NCBI RefSeq assembly: GCF_009914755.1 | Contig: NC_060926.1 | DNA length: 64,000 nt | DNA from: the human T2T-CHM13v2.0 reference genome, Homo sapiens | Reading direction: 5' to 3' (one strand) | Position numbers and translations under genes: made by a program | Shown here: one piece after another, positions 14,127-31,458 of the stretch | How the letters are laid out: each line of letters begins with the position of its first letter | How positions within the stretch are numbered: position 1 is the first letter of the stretch | The notes under the pieces: generated by a model | What the model saw: only the letters and a program-made list of their open reading frames with translations | Told to the model about the DNA's origin: nothing | Database searches by the model: none

Positions 14127-14327
14127 TAGGGGATCAGCAAACTATGGCCCTCTGCCTGGTTTTTATATAAAGTTTTACTGGAACAAAGCCATACTCATTT
14201 GATTACATATGGTATATGTCTGCTTTAGTACTAAAATGGCACAGTTGAGTAGTTTTGGTAGAGACCACATGACCTACAGATATTTAGTTACCTGGCACTT
14301 TACAGAAAAAGTTTGCCGACCTCTGCT
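14127..14327. mobile_element. MER58A-like hAT MITE
   Basis: Inverted termini aggggatcagcaaact ... agtttgccgacctctg. Confidence 0.8.
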
Positions 14328-14787
14328 ACAGACATACGAAAATCACAAAAATCAGTGCTTGAGTTCAATGCTTGAGAGGAGCTAAATGGGTTAAGAGGGA
14401 ATATTATATTTCAACAATAGATGCCCCCATCTAACCAGACATAATCTAGTATAAACATTCCTTGCATCCCTAAAAAGCATTAACTGTCTTAAATTTGGGA
14501 TTTGAAAGTCAAGTCTTATGATTCAGAACACAGTAAACATTTCCCATTTTAGGTATTCAACCTCCATTCCAATTTCATGACAGCAACATAGTTTCTTTTT
14601 AGAAAACCATCCTGTCCTTGTATTTTTGGTAGGACTGGAAATCAACCTGCCCAGCAACTAGAGAAATTCTAAGGAGGGTCCTTCTCCCATACATAATCTT
14701 TACCCATACCTATAATCGAGAAACAAAGGGGAAAATTAATCAACTCTCTTCCCCAGAAGTTTGAATCTCAAAGGAATGATATAATAA

Positions 14788-15121
<334 letters not shown>

Positions 15122-16319
15122 GTCTTTTTTTTTTTAATCCACTGGAGATCCCACAATCAAAAGGATGAGCAGTTTCTGTTGCTTCATCACCCAAGGTTGC
15201 CCTGGTTCCTGTGCAACTCTGGTCTTCCAGGCTTCCAAATCATTCTGTGAATTGACTGATATTCGATCAATAACTTCCCTTCTTTGCTCAAGGTAGCTAG
15301 AGAGCTGGGGTTTATTTCTGCCAAAGAAAAAAAATCCATATTGTTTTGGCAAAAAATCTGGAGTGGACAAAAGTAGAAAACGAAGTCAAATGTCTTAAAG
15401 AAGACTTGTCCATCAATGACATTCACTTTCACACTACATATTTTCACTATGACCGGCTGTAGGCAAAACTGTAAGACAGACTAAGTTTTGGTTACCATCC
15501 ACATTCTTATCAGCACCACCACTACTGGCTCTCTGTAGTTGTCAATTAATTCTAAATATTAATCAAAGTGTTCAGATTTTAGCTTGTAGCTGCCATCTCC
15601 CCAAATATCTCTTTAGTTCACTAATATCCCAAAATATCTATTTACTGTGCCAATAGATTTAATTAGAACACTTCATATTTTAACATGTTTTTTGAAATGT
15701 GGGTTAAACCTGCAAACTGTTAAGACCACCCTCCTACCCCCATGGACAAAATGATGAATATGTCCACCTGGAAGTTACCAAACTATGCTTGCTCTGCTGT
15801 GGTTACTACTAGAACAGACTAAAAGCATCTGAGGGCAAGGATTTTGTCCTCTGTCTACAAACCAAGGACACTAAATGGAACCTTACACATGAGTACTTTA
15901 AAGTATATGCTAAGGAAATGAAGCAACTAGATGGGTACATTTTTTTTTACGTGATGTTAACAGGTTAGAAGTTAGGAAAATTAGTAAAATAAACAGACAC
16001 TGGCCTTATTTTCAGTTCCAAAGAGCTTGCTGATACTGGGCAGTGCTAAGAACATAATATTAAAGCAAGTCCAGAAGGACCACATGACTCCATGTAAACT
16101 CTAAATGCAATTCAAAATTTTCCCCCAGTACTCTTAAAAATATATGCCAGTCTCAAAATTAGCCTCCTACTGCCTAAGTCTCCAAAGTTTCTGAATCAGG
16201 ATACACTGTTTTGATTTCTTATAATAAAAGGATTTCATTCCCCCAAAATTGAGGACATAACTAAAGAGTAGACACAGAGCTAAGCGCTGAGACCATTAAA
16301 ATATGCCACACAGTCCTTT

Positions 16320-16750
16320 GTCTTCAAGAGCTTAGTAGGCTAGTAAGAAACAAATAATTAAAATGTGATGGGAAAAATTTTGTCTAGGTACACACAGGTG
16401 TTGAAGAGGGACACAGGAGGTCCACCAGATTTGGATTTGGGCAATTAGATGGAATGAGGTAATCAGAGAAACATCCTTAAAGTGATACCTGATCTGACCT
16501 TGACATTCAAAGAGTGATGCATCTGATGAAAAGAAAGGGCATATGGGCATCTGAAACAAAGTGAACTGTATGTTCAAAGGAAAGATGTGAAAAACCATAT
16601 CCATTTAGGGAACCACAAATAGGCTGTTCAAAGTACAATGTGAAGAAAAGATGGAAAGTGGGGCATGAAACTGGGCTACAGTGGTAAGGTAGGAATCCGA
16701 AAAATGTCAGGTAATTTGAACTTCAACTTAAAAACTATGTGAAACCATTA
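16320..16750 (-). mobile_element. L2 fragment
   Basis: Decayed L2-like motifs (gtcttcaagagcttag, aaagtgatacctgatctgaccttga). Confidence 0.55.
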
Positions 16751-17573
16751 AAAAAAAAAAATTCCAAGCAACACCTTCTTAATGCCACTGTTAAGAAGGC
16801 TAGGAGAATCAATAAGTTAGAATAGGTAAGTAAGATCAGGCCTGCTTTTCTGGTCAAATCTATGGGGAAGAATGTCTGTAGGGCTACATAAAGGTAGATC
16901 TGACAGAGATTTAAGTTGATCACTTCTGCATAATGAGAAGACTCCCCTTACCCACCTGTCCCATGCTGCTCTAGACGCCACCTGATTGTAGCCAACACCA
17001 GGAGTAAGAGAAAGGGAACACCTGTAAACCTCACCACCAACCAATCTATCACTACTCAGAAGATCACCAGCCTAACCAGAATGGATGCTGTGGCAAGAAA
17101 ATCTTACAGGTAATTTAAGGAGCCTAATTACCTTGCAAGGGAGAGCCCTAGTCAAACACAGAATAGGTGGCTCAACTAGAGGAGAAATTAAGGTCAGAGC
17201 AGAAATAGGTCTTTTATAAGTATATTATTTGAATTTTAAAGTAAATATAATTAGAAATAAAAGAGTTGACAGTGAAACGCAATTGCAAAAATCTAAATTC
17301 AGTAAAGAGTAGGGGCAGAAACACTGCTAGAAATGAAATTAGTAGTCTAGAAAATGAAGTAGAATCATCCCGTTAACATCAAAATATGAAGAAATTAAAA
17401 TCATGAGTTAAAACAACAGATACAAAGGACATATCTAGGGGATCTACTATGAAAATAACTCGTTTTCAGAAGGGAGGAAACAAATTAAGAAAAAAAATCA
17501 AATATTAAAAAGAAAACTTCCCTGAGCTGAAGAAAAATTAAAACCTAGAAGACATCAAAAATAGTATCTATAA

Positions 17574-18074
<501 letters not shown>

Positions 18075-19312
18075 TAAATCACAAACATGCAGAAATTAAA
18101 CAACACACTCCTAAATAACCAATAGGTCAAAGGATAAATCTCAAAGGAAATTAGAAAAAAACTTTGAGATGAATGAAAACAAAAACACTGCATATCAAAA
18201 CATATGAGATAAAGTTAAAGCAGTGCTTACAGGGAAAACTGTAACTGTAAATGTTTACATTTAAAAAGAGATCTTGAATCATAACCCAACCGTCCACCCA
18301 AAAAACACTAGAAAAAAGAAAACCAAACTAAAACCAAAGCAAGCAGGGGGGAAAATATATATCACAGCAGAAACAAATGAAATAGAGAATAGAAAAACAA
18401 TAGAAAAAAAAGCAATGAAACCAAAAGTTGGATCCTTGAAAACAAAATTGACAAATCTTTAGCAAGTCCTACCAAGACCAAAAGAAGGAAGACTCAAATT
18501 ACTACAATCAGAAATGAAAGAGCTCGTTATTACTGACTTACAGAACTAAGAATTACAAGAAAATATAATGAAAAGTTTTATGCCAACAAATCAGATAACT
18601 AAGATGATATGGACAAATTCCTAGAAAGACACAAGCTACCAAAAATGATTCTAGAAGACATAAATATCCTCAACAAAACACTAGCAAACCAAATTCAACA
18701 CCACATTAACAGGATCATCATACACCAAGATCAACTGAAACTTATTCCTGAAATGCAAGGGTGGTTCAACATACATAGTCAATAAATATGATACACCACA
18801 TTAACAGAATGAAGAATAAAAATCTTATGATCATCTCAATAGATACAGAAAATGCATCTGACAAAATTCAACATCCTTTCATGATTTTAAAAAAAAAAAC
18901 TTTCAACATCCTTTTGTGATTAAACTCTCAATAAACTAGGTATAGAAGAAATGTACCCAACATAATAAAGGCAATAAATGATAAGCCCACAGCTAATTTC
19001 ATACTCCAGGATGAAAAGCTGGCAGCTTTTCCTCTAAGATCAGGAACAAGACAAGTAAGCCCATTCTCACCACTGCTATTCAATATAGTACCGGAAATCC
19101 TACCCAGAGCAATCAGGCTAAAGGAAAGAAAAAAAAAGAATACAAGCCATCCATGTCAGAAAAGAATAAATAAAATTATCTCTATTTGCAGATGACATAA
19201 TTGTATATATGGATAACCCTGAAGATTCCACCAAGAAACTATTGGAGTCAGTTAAACTAATTCAGTAAAGTTGCAAGATAACAAAATCAACATACAAAAA
19301 TCAGTTGTGGAA

Positions 19313-19440
19313 GGGCATGGTGGCTCATGCCTGTAATTCCAGCATTTTGGGAGGCCAAGATGGGAGGAATGCTTCAGGCCAGGAGTTCAAGACCAGCCTG
19401 ATCAACATAGCGAGACCCCATCTCTATAAAAAATAAAATA
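19313..19440 (+). mobile_element. Alu left monomer (FLAM-like)
   Basis: Monomer plus A tail; TSD caaaaatcagttg-like. Confidence 0.9.
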
Positions 19441-19561
19441 AACTTTTTTTAAAATCCCACACAAAAAATCAGTTGCATTTCTATATACTAATGATCTGAA
19501 AAAGAAATTAATAAAACACTTCCATTTACAATACCATAAAAAAAATTTAAGAATAAATTTA

Positions 19562-19864
<303 letters not shown>

Positions 19865-20734
19865 ATTAACCAAGGAGGTGAAAGATCTATAAAATAAAAA
19901 CTATAAAACTGTCGAAAGAAATTGAAGACAATACAAATGGAAAGATATCCTGTTTTCATGAATTGAAAGAATTAATATTGTTTAACTGTCCATGCCACCC
20001 AAAGTGATCTACAGATTCAGTGTAATCCTAATAAAACTCCAATGGCATTTTTCACAGCAATAGAAAAAACAACCCTAAATTTACGTGTAACCTCAAAAGA
20101 ACCCAAAGAGCCAAAGCAAAACTGAGTAAGCACAAAGCTGGAGGCATCATAGTACCTGATTTCAAAATATACTACAAAGTAATAATAATCAAAACAGTAC
20201 AGTACTGGCATAAAAATAGACATATAAACCAATGGAACACAACAGAGAGCCCAGAAACGAATCCACACATGTAGGGTGAATTGATCTTTGGCAAAAGTGC
20301 CGAGAACACACAATGGGGAAAGGATAGTTTCTTCAATAAATGGCCTTGGGAAAACTGGTAATCCACATCCAGAAGTTGGAAACTGGACCCTTATCTCATA
20401 CCATATATAAAAATCAACTCAAAATGAATTAAAGACATAAGATATGAAATTTTTAAAATATTAGAAGAAAACACAGGAAAAAAAGCTTGTTGACATTGGT
20501 CTGGGCAATGATTTTTGAAAATGATCCCAAAAATATAGGCAACAAAAGCAAAAATAAACAAATGATATTACATCAAACTAAAAAGCTTATGCACAGAAGA
20601 AGAACCAATCAACACAGTAAAGAGACAATCTACATAATGGGACAAAATATTTGCAAACCATGTATCTGATAAGAGCTTAATATCCAAAATATTGTAACTC
20701 AAGAGCAAGACAACAACCTAATTTAAGAATAGGC

Positions 20735-21110
<376 letters not shown>

Positions 21111-23320
21111 CCAGTTAAATACTGCATGATCTCACATGTGAAATCTCATGAAGCAATGAAGCAGAGAGTACAACGATGGTTGCCAGGAACTAGGGGGTAG
21201 GGGAAATGGGGAGATTTTGGTAAAAGGGTACAAAGGTTCAGCTACACTGAATAAGTTCTGAAGCTCTAATGTACAGTATGGTGATTACAGTTAATAATAT
21301 AGTACCGTACACTTGAAATTTGCTAAGAGAATAGATCTTAAATGTTTTCCGCACAAAAAAAACTACATGAGGTGATGAACATGTTAATTATCTTAATAGT
21401 GTTAATCATGTCACAATATATATGTATATCAAAACATCACATATACACCTCACATATATATAATTTCTATTTGTCAATCATACCTCAATAAAGCTGGGGT
21501 AGAAAGGTAGATATAAATAATCTGAATAGTCCTTACAAGTAAAGAAATAGTAGCAGTATAATTAAAACAAGAAAACGAATAAATATCTACCCTCGAAGAA
21601 AAGCCCAGGCCTAGATGGTTTCACTGGTAAATTCCACCAAATATGTAAAGCAGAACTAATACTAATTCTTCACAAACTCTTCCAAAGAACAGAAGGAACA
21701 CTTACCAACTCATTCTGGAAAAACAATATTACCTAATAGTGAAACCAGATAAAAACATCACAAGAAAATTACAGATCAATATCCCTTACAAATATGGATG
21801 CAAAAATCCTCAACAAAATACTAGCAAACCAAATCCAGCAACATATAAAAAGGATTATACACTTTGAGCAAACAGTATTCATTCCAGGAATGCAAGGTTA
21901 GTTCAACATACACCAGCTATATTAACAGAACAAAAAATAACCACTGATCATGAACAGACATAGAAAAAATGTCTGCCAAAACCCAACACCCTGTTTCTGA
22001 TTTAAAAGGAACAAAAAAGAGCCACTCAGCAATCTAGAAATAAAAGGAAACTTCCTCAACCTGAGAAAGGACATTTATGAAGCACTCACAGCTTTCCTCT
22101 CTAAGATGACAATATATGTGCTCTCACCACTTCAGTTCAACATTGTATTGGATGTTCTAGTCAATGAAAATTAGGCAAGAAAAAAATAAAAGGTAAATAC
22201 TAAAGGTAAATACAGTAATAACAGCAAAACTATTAAAGCTAATAAGTTCAGAAAGGTTGCAAGACACAAGACTAACACACAAAAACCAAATGTATATCTA
22301 TAAAACAGCAAAGAGCAATGTGAAAAACAAATTAAGAAAACTTCATTTACAATACTATCAAAAAAATAAAATACTTAGGAATAAACTTAACAAAACAAAT
22401 GCAAGACTTATACAGTATAAACTAAAAAACATCATTGAAAGAAAATAAAGAAGATCTAAATGAATGTACCAACAGTTGTGTTCATGTGCTAGAAGACTTA
22501 ATGTTATTAGGATGGCAATACTTCCCAATTCAACCTAGACATTCACCAAAATTCCTAACAAAATCCCAGGTGGCCTTTTGTTGAAATTGACAAATTGATC
22601 ATAAAAGTCATATTGAAATGCAAGGGACCCAGAATAGCCAAAATAATCTTGAAAAAAGAACAGAGTTGGAGGATACACACTGCCAGTTTCAAAACCTACT
22701 ACAAAGCTATATTAACCAACACAGTGTGGTATGGCGAAAAGATAGACATACAGATCAGCAGAACAGAATTAAGAGTTCAGAAATAAACCCATATATTTAC
22801 AATCAATTAACTTTTGACAAAGGTTCCAGGACAATTCAAAGGGAAAAAGAATAGTCTTTTCAACAAATGTTGCTGAGACAACTGAATAGTCCAACGCGAA
22901 AAAATTATTTTGGATTCCCTACCTCATACCATATATGCAAATTAACTCAAAATGGATCAAAGACCTAAATGTAAGAATTATTTATAATTATAAACTCCCT
23001 AGAAGAAAGCATAGGTATATAAATATGTGATTCTGGATTAAGCAATGATTTCTTAGATATGACACCTACAGAATGAGACAAAAATCTGTAAATCGTGTAT
23101 CTGATAAGAGTCTAGTACCCAGTAAGTATAAAGAATTCTTATGACTCAAGATTTAAGAAATAACCCAATTTTAAAATGGGAAAAGGATTTTAACAAACAC
23201 TTCACCAGAGAAGATATATGAATGGAAAATAAGCACATGAAAAGATGCTCATCAGTCATTAGGGAAATACATACCAAAAACACAGTGAGATCCCACTTCA
23301 CACATCACCCAGAATGGTTA

Positions 23321-23740
23321 TGCTATGGATTGAATATGGTCTGTTCATCTCCACCAAAACTCATTTTGAAATTTGGTCCAAAGTGTGGCGGTGTGGGAAG
23401 TAAGGTCTAGTGAAAGGTGCTTGTGTTATATCTCCCTCATGAATGGCCTGGTGCAACTCTTGCAGTAATGAGTGAGTTCTTACTCTGGCAAGACTGGATT
23501 TAGTTCCAGCAAGAGCACGTTGTTATAAAGCAAGGTTCCCCCTCCCCAGTCCCTCTTCACACATATCCACTTCCCCTTTGACCTTCTGTAACATGAGGGA
23601 AATGTAAAACTCCTCGCCAGAAGCCAAGGCCATGTCCTTGAACCTCGCAGCCTGCAGAGCCAAGAGCTAAATAAGCCTCTTTCTTTATAAACTGCCCAGT
23701 CTCTGGCATTCTGTTATGGCAACACAAGCAGATGAATACA
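23321..23740 (+). mobile_element. MaLR solo LTR, MST family
   Basis: TG...CA termini (tgctatgg ... gaataca), 5-bp TSD ggtta/ggcta. Confidence 0.9.
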
Positions 23741-24157
23741 GGCTATAATTTAAAAAGACAATAATAAGTGTTGACAGGGATGTGGAGAAAGTGGAACTCT
23801 CATGCATTGCTGGTAGGAATATAAAATGGTGTGGCTATTTTGAAAAGGAGTTTGGCAGTTCCTCAAAACATTAAACACAGAGTTAACATAGAATCAGTAA
23901 TTTCACTCCTATCTATATACCTAAAAGAACTAAAACATATGTCTACAAAAAATTTCTAAGAGTGTTCCTAACAGTTCATAACATTTGCATCAAAAAACGG
24001 AAACAACCACCCAATGTCCAACAACTCACAAAAGAACAAACAAAATGTGGCACATCCATATAATGGAACAGTCTGTCATATAATGGAATGAGTACAATAC
24101 ATACTATAACATCTGTGAACATGAAAACATTATGCTAGGTTTTAAAAGCCAGGCACA

Positions 24158-24463
<306 letters not shown>

Positions 24464-25849
24464 AGCCAGGCACAAAATAACTCATATTGTATCACTCCAT
24501 TGATATAAAATGTCCAGAACAAGCAAATCCAGAGATACAGAAAGTAGACTGGTGGTTGCCAGGCAATGCAGTGTAGGCTAGGGAAGAAGGAAAGTTGCTG
24601 CTAATGTTTGTGTGTTTCAGTTTTGGGGTAACAAAAATGTTTTAGAGTTCGACAGTGGTAATGGTTGCATAAAAAAGTGAATACATTAAAAACCATTAAA
24701 TATGTTAAATGAGTCATTTTGATGGTATGTTAATTATATCTCAATAAAAGTGGTTCTAAAAGTTCACATTAGTGGAGGGAAATCAGAAGGAAAAAAGCTC
24801 AACAAAGTACAGTATATAATCATTCATGCAAACACTCATATAGTATGTTCCACTGCAAGCACACATACACAGACTTGAGGCCTTCAAAAGAATAGGTTTT
24901 TTTAAAAAACACCCATGAGACATTGTTTTAAAAAATATAAAAGCAACACAGACACATAAGAGGAATTTCAATCATTACAGAAAGATAATTTCTCCTTCCC
25001 ACATCAGTCCCACTATTGAGAGGCAATGACTTATTTAAAAAATGTTTTTAATTAACTTTTGAATAGGCAATATAAACAGGCTACTTTGGTTTCTTTCTTA
25101 TTGTCTTCCTAGAGTCTCTATTTCTATACAAGCAAATTAAATATATGTTCTTTGGTTCCTCCCTTCTCACTCAAAGATAACATTATACAGACTGCATTGC
25201 ATATTTTTCTCTTAATATATCTTGGAGACATTTCCAAATCAAAACACAGATAGCTTCTTCATTCCTTTTTTTCTTTACTTCCTTTCTTTCAAACAGGTGA
25301 GTACGTACCAGATTCTAGTAAATCCTCAATTGACCCTGCCATGGAAGATGAAGAATTTATCTAGCATCACAGTTTCTCCTTCTTTCTGACACATTTAGTT
25401 ATATTTTTATTTTTAATTCTTCAAATGGTTGCCTTACCTTAAATATAATATTTTCTTTAAGTTCAAACTGTGTGTAATGACTCCTCATTATGTAAAATAA
25501 GAAAATATATCCTTAACTTCTCCCAACATGACAACTACACAATAAGTTTACATAATTATAGTTTATAACATTTACCCTTCTTTCTATCTGAGAGTCACAA
25601 ATTCATATGCTATCAGGGTCTGGTAAGTAAATAAACAGGCGAAACAGGCTTAGGGTAAAACAATAGTCAAAATCTAAAAGAATTATTTAAAATCCCTCAT
25701 TCTAACTGTGTTTTAATAAATTCACTACATTATTTCTAAAACGGTTTGATATATAAAAATTTTAACTGCCTTATCTTCTTTGTGGAGACTTAGTCCTTAA
25801 AAAACGTCTATCATTATACCATTCAAGGTTTTTGCCTTTGAAGAATGCT

Positions 25850-26350
25850 TTATTTGCTATTCATTCATGCATTCAAAAGTATTCATTGAGGGCCTTGGTT
25901 CTGTTGTAGATGCTAGGGATACAGCAGTGAAAAAAACAGACTGAAGTCCAGTGCTCATGGAGTTTCCATTACAAGAAGGGAAAGAGAATATAAACAAACA
26001 CATATATTTTAGTATTACCTATGGAATCAATAAGTTGTAGTATTAAAAAAAAGAAGTGGAGAAACTAAGGGGCAGTGACAAAGGTATTACCTTACATACA
26101 GCGGTGAGATAAGGCCTCTTTGAAGAGGGGAAATTTGAATGAAGTCAGCGTGAAGTGTGTTTGAGGCAAGTGGCAAATAAGACAGCAAATAATAACTGCC
26201 GTGGTGGGGCAGTTGTTAGCCTAACACTAGATCAAAAGGCCTCCTGATTTAGAGGAAGGCCTTCTGATCTGTGTGGGGCACAGTGAAGACACTGAATTTT
26301 ATTTGAAATGCAATGGGAAGTTTGGGGAAGGTTCTGAGTTAAGAAAAAAA
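25850..26350 (-). mobile_element. L2 3' fragment
   Basis: ttcattcatgcattcaaaagtattcattgag...gatgctagggatacagcagtgaa. Confidence 0.8.
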
Positions 26351-26360
26351 TTGATCTCAA

Positions 26361-26363
<3 letters not shown>

Positions 26364-26423
<60 letters not shown>
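26364..26423. repeat. (TA)30 perfect microsatellite
   Basis: 60 nt uninterrupted TA in an Alu tail. Confidence 0.97.
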
Positions 26424-26424
<1 letters not shown>

Positions 26425-26428
<4 letters not shown>

Positions 26429-26682
26429 TTTTGAGACATAAGTCACACTCTGTCACTGAGGCTGGAGTGCAGTGGTGCAATCCTGGCTCACTGCAATCTC
26501 CGCCGCCTCCTGGGTTCAAGCAATTCTCCTGCCTCGGATTCCTGAGCAGATGGGATTACAGGCACGTCCCACCATGTCCGGCTAATTTTTTGAGATGGGG
26601 TTGAACTCCTGGCCTCAAGTGATCCGCCTGCCTCAGCCTCCCAAAGTGGTGGGATTACAGGCATGAGCCACCGCTCTTGACC
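26425..26682 (-). mobile_element. Alu with internal deletions
   Basis: Antisense Alu; TSD ctcaaatttatat. Confidence 0.93.
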
Positions 26683-27147
26683 TCAAATTTATATTTAATT
26701 GCACTTCATTTTTCTTCGTGATTATCTGAGATACTTTCTTTCCAGATATTTCCAATGTTCATCATTTTTTAAGGGATGTTTCTTGTTAACAGCCTGTAGA
26801 TGGAGTCTCATTTACTGTGTTAATACATGCCTGGCTTTATTGCTTCCATCTTATATAATAGCAGATAAAAATGAAATATTTTCTGTTTTTCTTTTTCTCC
26901 TTCTCTTTTGTTGAATTACATTTCTTTATATTCCTCCTTCTACATTCTATTCCAGTAATTTAAAAGTTCTATGTATAGCAGATGACACAAATTCATATAT
27001 AGAAAACCCTAAAAGCTTCACCAAAAAGCTGTTAGAACTGATAAATTCAGTAAAGGTGCAGAATACAAAATCAACACACAGAAATTAGTAGCATTTCTAT
27101 ACACCAACAATGAACTAGCAGAAAAAGAAATCAAGAAAGCAATCTCT

Positions 27148-27509
<362 letters not shown>

Positions 27510-27805
27510 CTACAAGGAAAATTATAAAACACTGAAGAAAAAAATTAAAGAGGACATAAAAAAATAGAAAGACACCCCACGTTCATGAATTGGAAGAATA
27601 CTGTGAAAATGACATACTACCAAAAGTGATCTACAGATTCAATGCAATTCCTATCAAAATACCAATGACATTCCTCACAGAAAGAGAAAAAACATCCTAA
27701 AATTCATATGAAACCACAGAAGACTCTGAATAGCCAAAGCAATACAGAGCTAAAAGAATAAAACTGGAGGCATCACACTACTGGACTTCAAAATATACTA
27801 CAATG

Positions 27806-27981
27806 TTCACCATGTTGGCCAGGCTGGTCTCAAACTCCTGGCCTCAAGTGATCCTCCCAAAGTGCTGGGATTACAGACATAAGCCACTGCTCCCAGCCAG
27901 GGATTGCTTTCTTGATTTCTTTTTCTGCTAGTTCATTGTTGGTGTATAGAAATGCTACTACTTTTTGTATGTTGATTTTGT
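27806..27981 (-). repeat. Inverted copy of 27065-27240 (L1/Alu junction)
   Basis: 176 bp, 9 mismatches by manual alignment. Confidence 0.95.
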
Positions 27982-28534
27982 GTAACAGACACAGATCAAT
28001 GGAACAGAATAGAACCCAGAAATAAATCTATGCATTTATGGCCAACTAATCTTCGACAAAGGCACTGGGAACATTAAAAACTGGATATCCATAGGCAGAA
28101 AAATGAAACTAGCCCCTATCTCTCACTGTATACAAAAATCAACTCAAAATGGGTTAAAGATTTAAATGTAAGATCCCAAACTATGAAACTACTAGAAGAA
28201 ACCTTAGAGGAAACACTTCAGGGCATTGGTCTAGGTTAAGATTTTATGAAGAAGATCTCAAAAGCACAGGCAACAAAAGCAAAAACAGACAAACTATTAT
28301 CTCAAACTAAAAAGCTTCTTCACAGCAAAGGAAACAATCATAGAGTGAAGATACAACCTGCAAGAAAGTGATTTGTAAACTATTCATCTGAGAAGGGATT
28401 AATATCCAGAATTTACAAGGAACTCAAACAACTCAACAGCAAAACAATAAATAATCCAATCTAAAAATGGGCAAAGACATCTCTTGAAAGAAGTAACCAT
28501 ACAAAAACCATACAAATTTTAACAGGTATATTTA

Positions 28535-28838
<304 letters not shown>

Positions 28839-30917
28839 GACAAAAAATAACAAATACTAGTAAGGATGCAGAGAAAGGGAAACCCTCCTACACTGTTGGT
28901 GGAAGTGCGAATTAGTATAGCCATTATGGAAAAAAATATGGAGGCTCCTTAAAAAAAAAGATACAACTACCATATGATCCAGCAATCCTACTACTGGGTA
29001 TACACAAAGGAAAGGAAATCAGTATGCTGAAGAGATATCTGCATTCCCATGTTTACTGTAACATGATTCATAATAGCTGAAGTATGGAATCAATGTAAGT
29101 GTCCATCAACAGACAAATGGATAAAGAAAATGTGGTATACATACACAATGGAATACTATTTCACCATTAAAAAAATTTCTCTCATTCACAGCAACACTGA
29201 TGAGCTTGGAGGACATTGTTAAGTGAAATTAGCCAGGCACAGAAAGATAAATACTGCATGTTCTCACTCATATGCAGAAACCAAAAAGGCTGATCTTGTA
29301 AGTAGAGAGCAGAATAGAGGCAGGGAAGAGTAGGCGGGAGGGGACAGCCAACAGTTGATTAATGAATATAGAAGTACAGCTGCATAGGAAGAGTAAGTCC
29401 TAGTGTTCTATAGCACTATAGGAAGACTATAATTAACAACAATTTATTGTATATCTTCAAATAGCTGGAAGAGCAGATTTCGAATGTTCCTATCACAAAG
29501 AAATGATAAATGTTTGAGGTGACAAATATGCTAATTACCCTGATCTGATCATTATGCATTGTCTCTACATGTAATATCACACTGTACTCCATAAATATGT
29601 ACAATTACTCTATCAATTAAAAACAATAAAAGCAGAAAAACAAAAAATGAAGGTTGTATGTACAGTATCTGTTGCTTGTGCTTACTTCCTTGCTGCTGGC
29701 AAATATACTGCTCTATTTTTCTCTAGAAATAAATCAATACTCCTAGATAATGTATTTACCTTTCTACCCGACCCTCTCTGCTAGAGCACCGTTGCTACCA
29801 GCAATTTGATCCTTAGAATGTTTTTACTTCCAAATTACAAACTCTTGATGCTACTATCATTAAAATTTGCCTACCTATTAATACTGCATCTCACAAGCAC
29901 ATTATCATCATCACTCTAAACATTACAGGAGTCATTGGTCACAACTGTCATACATTCTGTAGCTTCACCTATATTTTAAAATTACAACTTAAAAGACAAA
30001 AGAGTAAAACCAACATTAATTCAGTATCTTCATCCAACATATACCTGTACTTGAATTTTCCCTATTGTCACAAAAACGTCCTTTATAACTGTTTTCCTCC
30101 AGTCCAGGTGCAAATCAGGATTCAGATTCACACATTACATCTGATTGCTATGTCTTGTCTCTTTAGCCTCATCCAATCTACAACAATTCCATTTACCTCT
30201 CTTTGTTCTTCAAGACACTGAATACTTTGATGAGTCCAGGCCAGTTGTCTAGCAGTGTCCCAGGAGTATTGTCTCATGACTAAATTCAAATCAAATATTT
30301 CCAGCATTAAAAACAGAGGTGATTTGTGTAACTCCTACTGCACCACCTTAGGAGGCACATACAATGTCAGATTCTCTGAGATAATATGCCAATGAAAAGT
30401 CTGATCTTGCTTATTATGGTGGTGAGAAATGGTGTCCATTTTAGACACATTTCTCTTTTGTAATAACTAATCTATGGGGTAAAACATTAGGACTCTGTAA
30501 GTATACTGCTCTTGAAAACATTTTACTAAATGTAAATGTCCAATGGAAAACATATGATCCTTGCCTTAATCAATAATTATATTGGGGATGTCAAATGGTG
30601 AGTGTTCTGATTCTACATTAGCTGGCATTCTTCTAAGAGACTATTATGTATTATAACAACAAGCATAACTAGCACCTAGATGTTGGTTCCTAAGCACCAT
30701 TCTTCATTAAAATGAACCAGGAATCCTTGGAGAATGTCTGTTCATATTCAATGCAGAAAAGGACGAGGGAAGCCAGAAATGTCTTGTGTCTGAAAACCAA
30801 AGACTGATAAAAGATCTCTAAAGTGACCATGCGAAGGAGTTTCCACTGGCCAAATTTGGGACAATTTGAATTTCAAAGACAATAATGAATTATAACAACA
30901 GAATAAAAAAAGGAGCT

Positions 30918-31232
30918 GGCCAGGCGCAGTGGCTCAGGCCTGTAATTCCACCATTCTGGGAGGCCGACGTGGGCGAACTGCTTGAGCCCAGGAGTTAAAT
31001 GCCAGCCTGGGCAACATGGTGAGACTCATCTCTAAAAAAAATACAAAAAACTTAGCCAGGCATGGTGGCACTTGCCTATCCAAGCTACTCAGGAGGCTTA
31101 CGCATGAGGATCACTTGAGCCTAGGAGGCAGAGGCTGCAGTGAGCCGAGATTGCGTCACCGTACTCCAGCCTGGGTGACAGAGTGAGACCCCTCTCTCAA
31201 AAAAAAAACAACAACAACAAAAAAAAAAAAAA
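30918..31232 (+). mobile_element. Alu (J-type) within old L1MC-like 3' fragment
   Basis: Full dimer; TSD aa(a/c)aggagc. Confidence 0.93.
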
Positions 31233-31458
31233 CAGGAGCCAGGAGACCACAGCAATACCAGAGAGACACAGTAAAGATGTACATGAACACAAATTAAGCA
31301 AAACTGTTTACACCTTTTAAATCTAGATGAAGAATATGATGGCATTCTTTATACTACATTTTCAACTTATCTATAGGTATAGATTATTTTCAAAGTAAAA
31401 AGTAATACAAATTTTAAGGGGAACAAACCCACAGGAATGCAGTTTGAGAGAGCATTTT

